Of a stretch of DNA of 64,000 nt, positions 10,728-25,337 are shown in pieces. Source of the DNA: Octopus vulgaris. Lineage: Eukaryota. The notes under the pieces are model-generated. The model worked only from the letters and a program-made list of their open reading frames with translations. It did no database searches and was not told the origin of the DNA. Position 1 is the first letter of the stretch; each line of letters opens with the position of its first letter. The stretch is from assembly GCA_951406725.2 (NCBI GenBank), contig OX597828.1:11966001-12030000 (forward strand). Reading direction: 5' to 3'. The position numbers and the translations under genes are program-made.

Positions 10728-12605
10728 TTATATATATTTATATACACGTATGTATGTATGTATGTAGTTAGGTATGTAGGTAGGTATGTAGGTAGGTAGG
10801 TATCCAGTATCGCCAGACAACCGGTGTTCGGTAGCTTTTGTCGTCGTAAGAATTTCAACATAAGAAACTGTTATATTCTTCAAAGCAGTTCTTCAGCATA
10901 ACCACGGTCCAATGGCCTAACTAATGAAACATGTAAAAGAATAAAATGAGCATTCATATACATGTATATATGTACACACTCACAAACAAATATACAGTAG
11001 TACGTGGTTCTCAAACGACTCCGATCACCAATAAATCGTGCTTGATATATATCTCTCTATATAAAACTGAAATGCGTTTTTACCGCTTGGATCGCTTTCA
11101 AGGCCACTACATCCCGTCCGATTGACTCCAAAATTTACAGGGACATGTAAAATGAGGTGACGATGCCCGTGAGCTACCTTAGAAATCCCTAAAACAAGTC
11201 CACTCCGGTTCTTTAATGTATCTGTCTTCCTCAACTCACTCTCACTATTTCCTCTCTTCCCAGCACTTTTTCACTCACTCTATTTCATACATTCCCATTA
11301 CTTTCACTTCCTCAAACGGCCTTCTTTTATGTATCTGTCTGCATTCATAGAGAGAATTATCATCGCCACAGCCATCGCATCTATTGTCTGCCTGTCAACG
11401 CGCCGACGGAGCAAATACAAACAGAACACACCAACCAGCGTTCGTGTTTTGGTGATAACGTAGGTTTTTCGTATCTATTACATTTTAACATTTATTTAGA
11501 ACCCTGCAAATTTTTCGTGCTAAATTTTCATTTTTTACTACTTTATTATTTTTTCTTAAATTGATGCTTTTATTAAAATTAAAATTAATTCTAATTGTCT
11601 GGGTCAACAGTTAATTTCCTCGGAGGATATGGAAATTCCTATTACCCGTCAGAAAAATAACTCCAGCAGCTCACAACTATTTCAACAAAGACAAGATTAC
11701 CTGCTTACCAGTCGAATTCAACGTCAACGCTCACGTATGAGAGACACTCCAACACACACACACACACACACACATATATACATATATATATATATAATGT
11801 GTGCATTATGTGGCCGGTTGAGCTGAAAATATGCAGACCTATGTTAAAAGTGCTGGCAAGTTTGCATGACAACTATTTTATTTTCCTCAAATGAAAGGCG
11901 TGACCTCTAGGACAAAATTCCTCATCTTATAGAATGTGGCCCCAGTAGACCCGAATGAAATTGGGTTATATTAACCAAAATGTGAAAAGGGGTCTAAATG
12001 GGGCTGGAAGGGGATTAAAATTTAAACGAGCGGGTGTTTAGGAATTCTCTGTTACATCAAGCTAAAAAATTTGCGCCAGCCTTTTAATCGTCAATGTGTT
12101 GCCGTCCATGATGAGGAAGTTTTGAATGCTTGCCATGGTGAGTCTACTGTCGTGAGAAAGAATCACTTCAAAACTTGGTGTTTAGGGATTTTCTTTTACA
12201 TCAAGTTCAAAATTTTACGCCAGCCGTTAAACTGTCAAAACGTTACTGTCCGTCGATAAGAAATGCCAGCCATGGTGACTCTACTATCCTCACATTCTAT
12301 CTCTTCAAACTTTGGTTTCCAATATTTTATTATTTTTATTCAGCTCGCAAGTTCGTCTGTCCCTTTTAAATGTTAGTGTTTTGCTGTCTGCCTTGAAGCA
12401 GACCTTTCCGTTGTTACTGCCTGATATTTATGATTGATCTTTCTAAATATTTTATTTCTCAACTTACTCAAGATATTTTGTTGTTTATAAATGGGAGAGA
12501 GATAGATAAAGATAGAGAGTAAGAGAAAGCTAGGGAGAGTCCGAGAGAAAGGAAGAGTTAGAGAGTGGGGAAAGTGAGAAAGGAGTGAGAAACAAAGAGG
12601 GAGAA

Positions 12606-12922
12606 TCATCATCATCATCATAGTCGTCGTTTAACGTCCGTTTTCCGTGCTAGCACGGGTTGGACAGTTTGACCGGGGTCTGGGAAGCCAGGAGGCTGGA
12701 CCAGGCTCCAGTCTGATCTGGCAGTGTTTCTACAGGTGGATGCCCTTCCTAACGCCAAAATACTCCATGAGCGTAGTGGGTGCCTTTTTTGTGCCGCCGG
12801 CACAGGTGCCAGGGGTACTGGCAGCGGCCACGATCGGTTGGTGCTTTTTACGTGCCACCGGCCCAGAACCCAGTCAAGGCGACGCTGCAATCGGCCATGT
12901 TCGGATGGTGCTTTTTACGTGC
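12606..12922 (-). mobile_element. 3' end of a retroposon (RTE-like LINE or SINE) with (TGA)n tail
   Basis: GC-rich block containing ggatgcccttcctaacgcc, ending on the minus strand in gacgttaaacgacgac...(tga)n. Confidence 0.55.
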
Positions 12923-13061
12923 TGAAAGGAAGCAACAGAAAGTAACAACCACACTCTTACCCGCGAGTAGAGCGGGTCGCCTTCAGCTAGTATATATATA
13001 TATATAAAGCACAATGTTTTTTTGTGATCAGAGGCGTTCGTAAACCGAGGTACTACTGTAT

Positions 13062-13130
<69 letters not shown>

Positions 13131-13133
13131 TAT

Positions 13134-13206
<73 letters not shown>

Positions 13207-13259
13207 TACATATTTAAATGTATATATGTATATATAAATGTATGTAGAAACGTAAAAAG

Positions 13260-13900
13260 AGCCAATTGCGAGAAGAGTTTTACATTAAACGATAATAGAC
13301 TCAGATTTTTTGAGAAAGAAGTTGTTTCCACCAACCTGTTTGTTCTCTTCGTAAATAAATAATGTGAGTTATCGTTGAGCAACTGAACTGAAAGAAAAAC
13401 AAGTGTGAATCAAACCCCGATCTGAGTCTCATATAACCGGGAAGCTCACAACTTCTCTAAGTGTTTGTATCTTAAAACAGTCCCTTGCAATTTCACTTAA
13501 GAAAATTTTATGCCATTTCACTTGGCAAACTACTCCCTAAGTACTCTCAGTCAACAATTGATAATTCAAACATCTCTGAAAATTTCGTTGCATTAGGTTT
13601 TTTAAACTGCTTCTCAAATGACAAAGTTTCAATTCTATACAATCTTAATTATATTAACACTCCTAAAATGTAATACTTAAAACCTAAACTGAAATTTTAA
13701 CAACGAACCTAGCAGCGTGGGAAAATAAAAACATCCTTGGCACTAATAAGAAACAGCACAACTCAGTCCAAACTGTTTCGAATTATGACAACTCTCGAAT
13801 ATATCAAAAACATTCAACAGAATATGCTGTATTGCTTTCAATGCGCAACGGGAACTTAATTATCCACCAGATTTGTGTAACCCTCTGAACAGAAGAGGTC
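13260..13900 (+). pseudogene. Degenerate LRR ectodomain remnant
   Basis: FTLNDNRLRFFEKEVVSTNLFVLFVNK* fits LxLxxNxL...LxxLxLxxN. Further weak LRR-like pieces with many stops follow. Confidence 0.35.
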
Positions 13901-14580
13901 GGTATAACATGGATCTCAGTCATATTGGTTTCAATTTTTGGCACAAGGCCAGCAATTCCAGGGAAGGGGACAAGTCGATTATCTCGACCCCTGTGTTTAA
14001 CTAATGCTTATTTTTTCGACTTCCAAAAGGACGAAAGTGTAGGTCGACCACGGGGAAATTTTAACTCAACGTAAAAAGAGGCGAAAGGCTGCTAAGCAAT
14101 TTTCTCGGTGTACTAACGATTTTACCAGTTCGCTGTCTTATGAAGCTCTGTCATATCAATTGTGGATCATACCTGATACAGTTATATAAACACTATATAT
14201 ACATCATATAGTTATATATATTTCATAACATGGAGTCGCTTCAGATTAGACTATGGGTCTTCACTTGATCGTTCAACTGAACCCTCTGCTCATTGAAGTA
14301 GTTTGTATCTAAGCATTCCACAGATACATGTGCCCCCACTCCTGTTATATCCAGGCTAGGTTAAGACGAAATCATCGTCAGCGGGAATCAATGTGTTGAT
14401 GATATCTGACTGCCTGATTTCTCTGACAAGAGTTGGGTCAACCCGAGGCCAAACGAAAAATACATGCCCCAATATTACTTTATATTGTTAAACATAACTA
14501 TTAGTTTATTCGTCTGGGCTTAAAATCCTTACATGTTTTAAAAAAGAGATATCGGAATAGATGGTACTTATGTATTTTTA

Positions 14581-14995
14581 AGGCGGTGAGCTGGCAGAAA
14601 CGTTAGCACGCCGGGCGAAATGCATAGTCGTATTTCGTCTGCCGCTACGTTCTGAGTTCAAATTCAGCTGATGTTGACTTTGCGTTTCACCCATTCGGGG
14701 TCGATTAAATAAGTACCAGTTACGCACTGGGGTCGATATAATCGACTTAATCCGTTTGTCTGTTCTTGTTTGTCCTCTCTGTGTTTAGCCCCTTGTGGGT
14801 AGTAAATAAATAGGTATTTCGTCCGCCATTACGTTCTGAGTTCAAATTCCACCTAGGTCGACTTTGCCTTACATCCTGTCGGGGTCGATTAAATAAGTAC
14901 CAGTTACGCACTGGGTCGATATAATCGACTTAATCCATGTGTCTGTCCATGTTTGACCTCTCTGTATTTAGCCCCTTGTGGGTAGTAAAGAAATA
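14581..14995 (+). mobile_element. Nin-domain SINE with two body units
   Basis: aggcggtgagctggcagaaacgttagcacgccgggcg head plus a duplicated ~185-bp body. Imperfect TSD ggta(c/t)ttat(g/a)tattttt near 14564 and 14996. Confidence 0.85.
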
Positions 14996-15659
14996 GGTAT
15001 TTATATATTTTTGACTGTCGCTATTTGTGGGGTTCCCTTTTCTGTTTATATCGCAGTGTTGTTGTCGTTATCATTGCTTAGCTATAAGTACAGGTCATTC
15101 CAAATCAGCCGTAACTATTCCGTCTTTTCATATACCATTTCTCTTTCGCAATATTATCTACTATGTGCATCTTCCTTTTAGAGACGAATGGTGTGATACA
15201 ACAGGGATTTGACTTCTATTTCTAACATTTTCAATAACCATATACAGGCGCCCCTCACTGCATCGGTTTCAAAAAGACGAGAGGCGTTGATAAAAGATGA
15301 CCTCAAATGAATATCAAAACAGCGAAACTTTACTCTTATCATATCATATCATATCAATATCATATCATTATCATATTCTTATCGTCATTAGAGCAACAGG
15401 AGGCAAAAACAATACACCGCTCAACAAAATACATAGGAACGTTTAATAAGGCACTTTTCCGTTCTGAATTCAAATCCAGGCACAGGGAAATTAACTATGT
15501 GTTTTATTCTGCGAAGATCTAGAACATAACAACATATGAATACTGGGCTAGATTCTAACCTCTATACCCGGACTCCTTAACTGCATGAAAGTTTGTCTGT
15601 TTTAAAGCCGATGTCTATTTATGTGCGTGTTAATTATTGCTATTACGCAAAGCGAAAAA

Positions 15660-15860
15660 AGCGGCGAGCTGGCAGAACCGTGAACACGCCTTGCAAAATA
15701 CTTAGCGGCATCTCGTCCATCTTTACGTTCTGAGTTCAAATTCCATCGAGGTCGAGCTTGCTTTTCATTTTTTCGGAATCGATAAAATAACTACCAGTGG
15801 AACACAGGGGTCGATGTAATTGACTTGCCCCGCTCCCGAGATTGCTGGCCTTGTGCTGGT
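15660..15860 (+). mobile_element. Nin-domain SINE (older copy)
   Basis: gcggcgagctggcagaacc head and gttctgagttcaaattcc. Other degenerate copies at 13925-14140 (-), 30040-30165 (-) and 49627-49845 (+). Confidence 0.75.
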
Positions 15861-17134
15861 ATTATTCAGGACAGCAGATGAGAGAATCATGAAAGCAACA
15901 AAGAAAAATATTTTCTAGTATCTAAGTGCATCCCACTGGTGTTGACGGTTTTTATATGTACCAGTCATATACTGAGATAAAATTAATCGACTGTATTCCT
16001 TGAGAAAATAATTGAAGCGCATCTTTTATCCATTACATGTTTTAGTCATTGATCTGCGGCCGTGAATGAAGCACGAACCTATAGGTTTTACTTGAGCAAA
16101 TTGAACCAATTGCTTATTTCTCAAGTCTGGAACTTATTCTATCAGTTTCTTTCCTCAAAGTGCTACGTGACGAGGAGATAAACAAGCCAACACCGGTAGG
16201 CAAGTAGTGAGGCGGGGACAAACTCAAACACAAAGAAACGCAGACACACATATACCAAGGGTTTCCACTCAGCTTCCATCTACTAAATTCATTCAGAAAG
16301 CACTGTTAGCTCGAAGCTCGTGTTGTTGCACGATGGATCTGAATCTGAAACCATGTGGTTGCAAAATGAGCCTGGAAAAAAATGCTTAGTACTGAGCACG
16401 ATTTATTCTACAAAACTCTTCAAGGTCGAGCTCCAGCATGACCGCGGTCCAACGACTGAAATAAAATAATAATAAAAGAATATAAGAAATTCTATCTTAT
16501 TATATATAATTTGATTCTGGTGCCTTCAATTTAAACAACCTAAGAAATATATCTCCCAGACTGGTGAGTAACATAAGAAGTGTTAATATAAGCAAGTTCT
16601 ATGTATGTCAAAAAATATCTCGTTACTTTCACATGACATAAATTAAATTGAATTTTTTTATTCAGTAAGCAGGAAAAAAAATCACGTTAAATAAAATTTC
16701 ACTCACGAATTGAAGAACGTGATTTTTTTTTCTGTTTTACGCGGGAAACTACAGTCTTGTTTATTATTGTGGTTGTCGCACTAAGGGCCTACTTATTACT
16801 GAGGACCGTAGGGAATCGGTTAAAAGAATTTTCGTGCACATGTACGAGATCTAGAGCAGGTCAGTTTGGTAGGGCTCCCGTTTAAGCTATACACCACGTG
16901 GTGGGTGGTTGAGCGGGATGGTGACGGTGGTGATGCTTTTGGTACTGGTTTGATGGTGTTGATGATAGTGAGATGTTGTCGTGTTGGAGGAGAGGGGTTA
17001 ACATAGCGGTGTGAATCAACGGAAAACCGTTTCCACGTAATGTGTGTGTATGTGTTTGTATGGGTGCGTAGTTAAATAGATAGTTAGAGAGAGAGAGAGA
17101 GAGAGAGAGAAAGAAAGAGAGAGCGAGAGAGATT

Positions 17135-17192
<58 letters not shown>

Positions 17193-17348
17193 CATACCAC
17201 TTCCACATGACGTAACAAAAAGCAAAAAGAGCAAATTGTCTGAGCTCTCTAAAACATGTGTATGCATGTACGCTTGCACGTATTTATGTATGTATGTATG
17301 TATATATGTATATCTATGTATATGTACATATGTGAGTGCGTGCGTATA

Positions 17349-17390
<42 letters not shown>

Positions 17391-17439
17391 GTAGAGTAAG
17401 AGCTCACAGACGATTCCAATCCAGGTTCGGCATTTTGTG

Positions 17440-17669
17440 GTACCTCTTGTCGTTGTTGTTACTGTTGTTGTTGTTGCTACTGCTGCTCTGTTGCTGTTGT
17501 TTTTGTCGTAGTTACTACTGCTGCTGCAGCTGGTGGTAGTGATGATGATGACGATGATGATGACGATGATGATGATGATGATGAGGATGATGATGAGGAT
17601 GAGGATGATGATGACGACGACGACGACGACGATGACGACGACGACGATGACGACGACGACGACGACGAC

Positions 17670-17719
<50 letters not shown>

Positions 17720-17728
17720 CGATGATGC
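17440..17728. repeat. Compound trinucleotide microsatellite (GTT/GCT/GAT/GAC)n
   Basis: Directly visible; source of the poly-Ser and poly-Met/Thr ORFs. Confidence 0.95.
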
Positions 17729-17894
17729 TAATCTCGGCAACTGTTTCTCGTCACAAGAATTTCCTTTAAAAAGCGTTAAGAAAAAAAAAAGAAAGTGAAA
17801 GGCAAAAGAAAAGCCAAGCTTTTAACAACTGCATTTCTCCCTACATCAGCAGAACAAGAAGTTTATTGGATATGAAACTTCTACAACCAATTCA

Positions 17895-17954
<60 letters not shown>

Positions 17955-18454
17955 CTCTCCAACGTATTTCTTGATGGATTAGTCAATTGGGTTTATCAAC
18001 TCAATTCGGCTATTCATTGTTGCTAATGAACGCATTCACTTTTCGTTTTATAACTGAAGACGTTTGCAAAATTTGATCACGACGTTTAAGTTGCATGTAC
18101 GGAATGACTTCGCAGCTCAATTTAAAAAGAACATTTCCTCATCTCGTATCTTTTAGTTTTTACCTATTCAGCCATTTGACTGCGGCCATGCTGAGGCACA
18201 GCCTTGGAAAATATTTTAATCGAATGCATCAACCCCAGTACTTGGTGATTTTTAAAAAACCTTGTTCTTATTCAATCGCTTCCCAAGAATGGATATCCGA
18301 AAATTCACATGATCACAACATCCCCAGTATATGACTGATACATATAAAAACCGTCAACGTAAGTGGAATGCACTTAGATACTAGAAAATATTTTTTTCTC
18401 TGTTGCTTTCATGATTCTCTCATCTGCTGTCCTGAATAATACCAGCACAAGGCC

Positions 18455-18806
18455 AGCAATTGTGGTCCTATTTCTCCAGACCACAATCTACTGGACAACA
18501 ATGTATGGAACATCGTTGAGAAAAATGCCAATGAACACCCATTGCACCAAAGATTTTTCGAAAGCTGCCATATTGAGTCATGTCCGATATGATCAAGGAC
18601 CACTTAATCCGAGCTTGTAAACGATTTTGACCCCGTGTAGAGGTAGTTATTAATGCTTATGGTGGTTTTATTGAATGAAGTTATTCAATTAATAATTTAG
18701 CTTTATCATTATGTTTTTATTATAAAAAATAGTTTTTCTTGTCTGTTATATAAGCATTTTTTAAAAGCCTTAAATCTGTCCACAAATACCGTCCGCACCC
18801 TACATA
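18455..18806 (+). mobile_element. Tc1/mariner transposase C-terminal remnant
   Basis: W..SPDHNLLDNNVWNIVEKNANE motif, C-terminal gcttatggtggttttattgaa, and a putative right end ccgtccgcacccta. Related to 46185-46680. Confidence 0.6.
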
Positions 18807-18829
18807 TGCTCTTTTTTCTTTTTCTTTTA

Positions 18830-19059
18830 TTCTTTTATTCTTTTATTTGCTTCAATCATTTGACTGCGGCCATTCTGAAGCACCACCATTAGTAGAACAA
18901 ATCGATCACAGAACTTAATCTTTGTAAGCCTAGTACTTATTCTATCGATCTCTCTGCCGAACTGGTAAGTTACGGGGACATAAACACACCAACATCGGTT
19001 GACAAGCAACGGTGGAGGGACAGACACAGACACACCAACACACACACGCATATATATAT

Positions 19060-19101
<42 letters not shown>

Positions 19102-19245
19102 GACAGGCTTCTTTCAATGTCCATCTACCAATTGCACTCACAAGGCTTTGGACGGACCGAGGCTATTGTAGAAAACACTTGCCCAAGGTGCCACGCAGTG
19201 GGAATGAACCCGAAATTATGTGGTTGGTAACCAGTCCTACGCCTA
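18830..19245 (-). mobile_element. SINE family A
   Basis: Reverse complement of the 54529-54938 pattern. Confidence 0.9.
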
Positions 19246-19257
19246 TGTATGTATGTA

Positions 19258-19298
<41 letters not shown>

Positions 19299-19704
19299 TG
19301 TGTGTGTGTGCATAGAGAGAGAGAGAGAAAGTGAGAGTCCTGCGCAATGTGTTACCAAATAGGAAAACTATAATTGCCACTAAATGTGAGTAAGGGTATT
19401 TTAGTATATGTATACATGACGAGGTTCACTTTCCGTCTACCTGATCCACTCACGTGGCTTTCGTCGGTCCGAAGCTATAGTAGAAGGCACCATGCAGTGC
19501 GACTGAACCCGGAACCATTTGGCTGGGAAGCAAACGTCTTCTACATAGCCACTTTTTTTTTATGGAAATACGCACTTGAATATTTAGCCAACGTTCATCA
19601 ATAATTCTGGGATGTTATTAAATGATAAACCATTTTTATACTTTAACTCTCAATATCAATAAAATAATCTTCCAGTCATTTGACTTCATATCCTTTGTCT
19701 AGCT

Positions 19705-20080
19705 TACTCTTTTACTGGTTTCAGTCATTTGACTGTAGCCATACTGGAGCACTGCCTTTAGTCTAGCAAAATCGATCCCAGGACATTCTTTGTAAGCCTA
19801 GTACTTATTCTATCGGTCTCTTTTGCCGAACCGCTACGTTACGGGGACCTAAACACACCAGCATCAAGCGATGTTGGGGAGACACAGACACACAAACATG
19901 CACACACACACATATACGACGGACTTCTTTCAGTTTCCGTCTACCAAATCCATTAACAAGGCTTTGGCCGATCTAAGGCTATAGTAGAAGACACTTGCCC
20001 ACGGTGCCACGCAGTGGGACTGAACCCAGAACTATGTGGTTCGTAAGCAAGCTACTTACCTCACAGCCACTCCTACGCCT
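19705..20080 (-). mobile_element. SINE family A, full length
   Basis: Ends in acagccactcctacgcc, the reverse-complemented head. Confidence 0.9.
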
Positions 20081-20434
20081 ATGAATACTTTGAAATAATT
20101 GTTACCAAATCTCTTGCATTTCATGATCATTTATTAAAGAAGACCAAACGTTGGCTTAATGATGATGTAATTTAGCCCAAGGTCTCTTCATGTCGAAGGC
20201 AATTACAAGTATCGACCACTCACAAATACTGAATCGTTATAGCTTTGTAAATACTTATTCACTTCGTAATATGGCAGATCTCCGTAGTTTTATTCTCATC
20301 AATAAACTTTACTGCAAAATACATCTGAAAGCTGTATATTACCAGATTCATTGCACAGTGGCAAGCAACACGCGATACACAGCATTACAATATAATGGAT
20401 TCTTATTCCCGATTGTATGCATTTTATTTTACCG

Positions 20435-21145
20435 TTTATCTTTTACTCGTGTCAGTCATTAGACTGCAGCCATACTGGGGCAGTACCTTGAAGATTTTAG
20501 TTGAACAAATCATCCTCAGTATTTTTTTCAAAGTCTGGTACATATTCTTCGACGAATATTTGTCCTCATCTTGTTTGTTGTTAATACAACGTTTCGGCTG
20601 ATATACCCTCCAGCCTTCTTGAGGTGTCTTGGAGAAATTTCGAATCTGGGTTTCCCAAGACACCCGAAGAAGGCTGGAGGGTATATCAGCCGAAACATTG
20701 TGTTAACAACAAACAAAATGAGGACAGATATCCGCCGAATGTAAATAATGTAATTAATGTATATAACTCCTCGTCTCTTAAATACAGAACTCTGATACAT
20801 ATTCTATTTGTCCTTTTGCCAAACCACAAAGTGGCGTAGATATAAGCACGGTAACACCGGATACCAAGCATTGGGGGGGGAAAACACAGAAACAGAGACA
20901 CGCATACATACACACGCACTACACGCCAATACACACACATATACATACACACACACATACACACACATACACACACGACACAAACACAAATATATATATA
21001 TACGACGGGCTTCTTTCAGTTTCCTTCTACTAAATCCACCCACAAGGCTTTGGTCAGCCCTATGATACATCTAAAGACACACTTGCCCAAGTCGCCACAT
21101 ATTGGGACTGAACCCGGAACGATACTGTCCGGAACCAACTACTCC
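20435..21145 (-). mobile_element. SINE family A interrupted by an HHR fold-back
   Basis: Tail at 20435-20548; body resumes at 20791. Confidence 0.75.
20549..20790. mobile_element. Fold-back PLE pLTR with decayed HHRs and 15-bp TSD
   Basis: Inverted arms ~20549-20635 and ~20654-20739. TSD tctg(g/a)tacatattct at 20534-20548 and 20791-20805. Same family as 35003-35318. Confidence 0.8.
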
Positions 21146-22149
21146 TGCAAGATTACTCTTTCTGTGACGAATTCCGTCATCACTTTTCAAAGTGTGATGG
21201 ATTACATATTTATTAGCAATTATATTAAATAAGGAACGGCGGTGCATCAACATGGCCGCAGCTTTGAGCTGAAACTACAGAAAAGAGGTGACGATGTGTG
21301 ACCAATTGGTTAGGATGTTCGACTCACTATCATAATGTTGCTGGTTCAATTTCTGGACAGAGCAGCAAGATGTGTCCTTGAGCAAAGCACTTTATTTCAC
21401 ACAAATCCGCTAAAAATGAATGCGTGTCAGCCGAGTGCTGGTGCAGTCTCTTTTCCTCCACCAATATGTCACTGGATATGTCACTGAGACATATTCTGTG
21501 GTTGCTAGAATATACATACAAAACTAAAAGAATGAGGGAAAGCATGGTACCTTATACCAAGCCATTTCTTTTTCGCGATAGCTGTGACTAATAACAGTGT
21601 AATACGAGTTTTGTCTTAGGGTAGCAACTGTTATTTTCTAGTTGCTTACCCTAGAAAGTATGACAAATTACGTTGATTTCGTTATATTTATTCAAACCCC
21701 AAAGAATCCCTCTCAATACATGGCAATGATTCCCTCCTCCCTTACTCCTGCTCATGATCAGAGATGCACGTATTATCAGCCACTAAAAGATAAGCTCAAG
21801 TGATTAAGGTCAAGCAACTGACAAGCAAATCTGTGGTATTGAGCAAAATATTTGCTATAATGATATTTCTGCTTCAGCAACTCAGCACTGAACCTGTCTG
21901 AAATGTAAATGAAAAATAGGTCAGTTTCAAAACATTGATTTCTAGGTGACAAAAGCAAAGTATGAAGAGAATAGTAGTCATTTCGTTTGATTTCTAAATA
22001 GAAGCAAATAGGAAATAACACTTACTGACCAAAGACAATAAATAAACAAATAAATAAAAAAATGAAATTTTGTTACACATTGTAATATATATCTAACAAA
22101 GGAATACATCCCTATCTCTGTGAATGGTGTTGTAGTTGAAAAACAAAAT

Positions 22150-23720
22150 GGGAACTTGACGCAAATCTAGTCATTCCCACATGAACATTATATTGAAAAG
22201 GGACAAATGCCTACTCCACTAAACACCCATTTGTTACAAAGGATAGAAAATAGAAAATAATTCCGTAAACAATGAAACTCCGTCATTCATCACTCGATGC
22301 CTAACAAAGCTAAATGTCTGCAGTGAACACAAGATTTGTTTAATTTCAATTCTACTCGAAGTAATTTAATACCTAAGTTTCAATTTTTCATTGCAAATGA
22401 CTCCTAGGTACTATTCACTTGCTTAAAACTGTAGTAAACTCTTTCTTACTGGACATCCTGATTGATGCTGAAACTGCTGATTCTGGGAACTACAATCTCC
22501 ACTGCTGTTTCTCATCCTAAACAAAATCCCCCATCAATTACAAAAGAAAACAGACTATGATTAACAAAGATTAATAAAGGGATAATTAGTTATAGAATTT
22601 TAACATTCTTCGTTGGTGAATAGACTTATTAGACAGTAAGCACAGCTTCCGAAACGTAGCATACACGCAGATGTTCCTACTAGCTCTTTCCCTGTAATAT
22701 CTCCTGAAATTACAAATTTGCATAAATTTTCGTATCATATCAAAGCAACTCGATTATGACAGAAGAGAACTTGTCTGTTTCTGTAGAATATATTAAAAGA
22801 TTTGATAAATGCAACACGTGCTCGTTATTAAACTCACGACTCTACTTCCTCCTAAAGTTAACTTTAATAAGTTCAGACACCCAGTTGCTCGTCTTAGCGT
22901 TCATTTTAAAGGCCTTCTAACAGTGACTACTACTTACTACTAATTAATGGAATAATCAAGCATTTCGTTACATTTCTGTATTCAGGTATGACTATTCCTA
23001 TAATAAGCTACTGTTTTCAAAATATAGTTTTCATGTTTGGTGCCTCAGCCTTCTGCTGAGACAAAGGAGCTCTGTCTACATTTCTAAACACTTTTATTAA
23101 TTAATTTTTTTTAGTTTGAATTTGATTTTTTTTTATTTGGAGAACTAATTTTCTTCAGACTAAAGCAAAACCATGCCATACTGTTGGTGAACAGTCAAAT
23201 ATAACGTCTAGATGGAATTCTTTGGAGAAGAACTATAATTGTCCCGCGTACAAAAATGTTTCCAGGAAAAAAAAAATTGAGTTTCGATTTGTGGGGAATT
23301 ATTCCATGCTTTGAAGTCCTTGCTTAACACTTCGACTAATCAGTGCTAAGTGTCGGACATGCAGAAATTTAGATGAACCAATATAATTTTCGCGATAAAT
23401 ATAAGCTGAAGGTCAATCCTGTTCAGTAAATTGGTGTTAATCCTCACTATAATCGTATGAAACACCCAGATAGATAAGCTGACATTGTCCCAACTGAAGA
23501 TATAATCCCGTCTCGAAGCCCGAAACACTGAGAAATTCAATAAAGCTCTTGTTCTTCTGAATATAAACACTTCTTAGTGATTACCACACTGTCGACTTTG
23601 TGAAAAGTCCAGCCCAAGCAAGCATTGAATCAGCTCGACGGACTCTTTGTCGATGATATAATTTTTCACACTAACATCATGGGAATCTGAAGTCAACAAG
23701 CATGTGAGGGAGAGGAGTCT
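22150..23720 (-). pseudogene. TLR-like pseudogene (LRR-CT region to TIR)
   Basis: Shares tcgagctgattcaatgc and upstream similarity with 31719 (+). Downstream: VEIVVPRIS and GIIFYFLSFVTNGCLVE*AF (22264-22205), resembling TIR IFVLSxxFVxSEWCxxE. Confidence 0.45.
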
Positions 23721-24294
23721 TTTTTTATCGCTCCAGTTACTAAAGATAAATCAGTGCTCCATCTTTGTATTACTAAATCACTCAAGAATGACTCCAAAAT
23801 CCCTAGACATACTAAACGATTATAGCACTAGTGACCACTACAAAACTACAGCTTCCCGTCCACGTAAATTGTATATGGTTGGCCGCCAGCCGTTCGTAAT
23901 GAATTCAGATGTTTACACTTGTACGTTTAATACTGTAGCTGAAAATTTAATAAATTGATTCCCTTTTCAGCAATTCTTTCTCCTCAGATCAAAGCAGACC
24001 TATACTTATACTAAAAGACCTTCGTGGCATGACGGCTACACATTTTATTTCTTTATAATGAATCTATGAATACACCATCCAATGTGTCATTTCTTTCTTC
24101 TTAAAAGTGGTGATATCGAGCGTTAGCAGCTATTTTGTAGCAGGGTGGATGGCCACTATACGATTTCAGTATTCTGGTGAGTCGAAGTTCATCTAGCTCC
24201 TTTTAATAAGAACCACAACCTATAAGAACGCTTACCACGAAAGACGTGTATGTAAAGCAACAGCAAATTCTGTTTCTGTTCAAAATACATAAAT

Positions 24295-24539
24295 GCGTCC
24301 TTTTAAAGCCTAGCCAGGCTCATGGGCCCGGTTTCCCGGTTTCTATGGCGTATGTGTTCCCCAACTGGACGGGACGCCAGTCCATCGCAGCGTTACTCAT
24401 TTTTGCCAGCTGAGTGGACTGGAGAAACGTGAAATGAAGTATTTTGCTCAAGAACACAACGCATCACCCGGTCCAGGAATCAAAACCACAATCTTGTGAT
24501 CATGGTGCTGACACCCTAACCACTAAGCCACGCGCCTCC
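24295..24539 (-). mobile_element. Meta-type tRNA-derived SINE
   Basis: Minus strand: ggaggcgcgtggcttagtggttagg...gctgcgatggactggcgtcccgtccag...gaaaccgggcccatgagcc. The flank motif tgttcaaaataca is duplicated on both sides. Confidence 0.85.
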
Positions 24540-25337
24540 TCTCTGTTCAAAATACACATCACCAAGCGTTCAGTCTACTTTACCATAATGGTAAAATAAC
24601 CGTTTTGCGTTACTTGAATTAAAAACCGCCCCCAGCGACATGTTTCGTTGTAATAGATATAATTCATCCCGAATTTACAGTTGCTTATGGGTGCGCATTG
24701 AATGCAAGCAAACAAAAGTTATATATTGTTAAAGGATGTCTTGAATGACGGAATCAATTGCATTATATATAACTAATTCTAATATATAAAAAAAAACAGT
24801 AGGAGAGACTGAAACTTATTACATGGGAAAGTAGTGTGATGAAAATTTCTCATAGCATTTCTAAAGATCAGATTTATTTGTCCCTGTGTTTCATTGAAAT
24901 CTAATAATCAAACATGTATCGGAAATTGTTCATGAGAGGCATTTGTCAGTTCTATTGTGCTCGCCAACCGAATATCACATAATGTTTAATATGGATTTGA
25001 ATAAGAAAGTATTTCTATTTCACACATGTTATAAATAAATATTTTCTATAATTTATCATATAAAAATTATTATTTTTAGCGAGAGCACTGGGTGGCACAA
25101 TTTTGGAATGCGCAACAATGAGCATAATCGATCTTATCCAAGATCAGATTTGGTGGTTATTTTTGTTTCCGGAGGGGTGAAAGTCAAAGGCGTCTTCGGT
25201 AACAGTTTGAACTCAGAATGTAAAGGAGTATGACTAAACAACACTAAGAAACCTTTTGTCCGTCACTCTCTCTCTCCCCCCTCTCTCTCTCCTCTTTATC
25301 CACGCACCTTTTTAACTTCTTATACTATATAATTATA

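Noticed and set aside
14978-15181. TM-like ORF ending in YKYR
   Set aside because: It starts in a SINE tail and runs into the old dispersed repeat, so TLR-TM status cannot be supported.
22450-22517. Apparent minus-strand exon with ag/gtaag boundaries
   Set aside because: No consistent partner exons; it falls within the TLR-like remnant.
23290-23700. Tyrosine-kinase-like reading on the minus strand
   Set aside because: No GxGxxG, VAVK, HRD or DFG motifs; nucleotide homology links it to the LRR-CT region at 31.7 kb.
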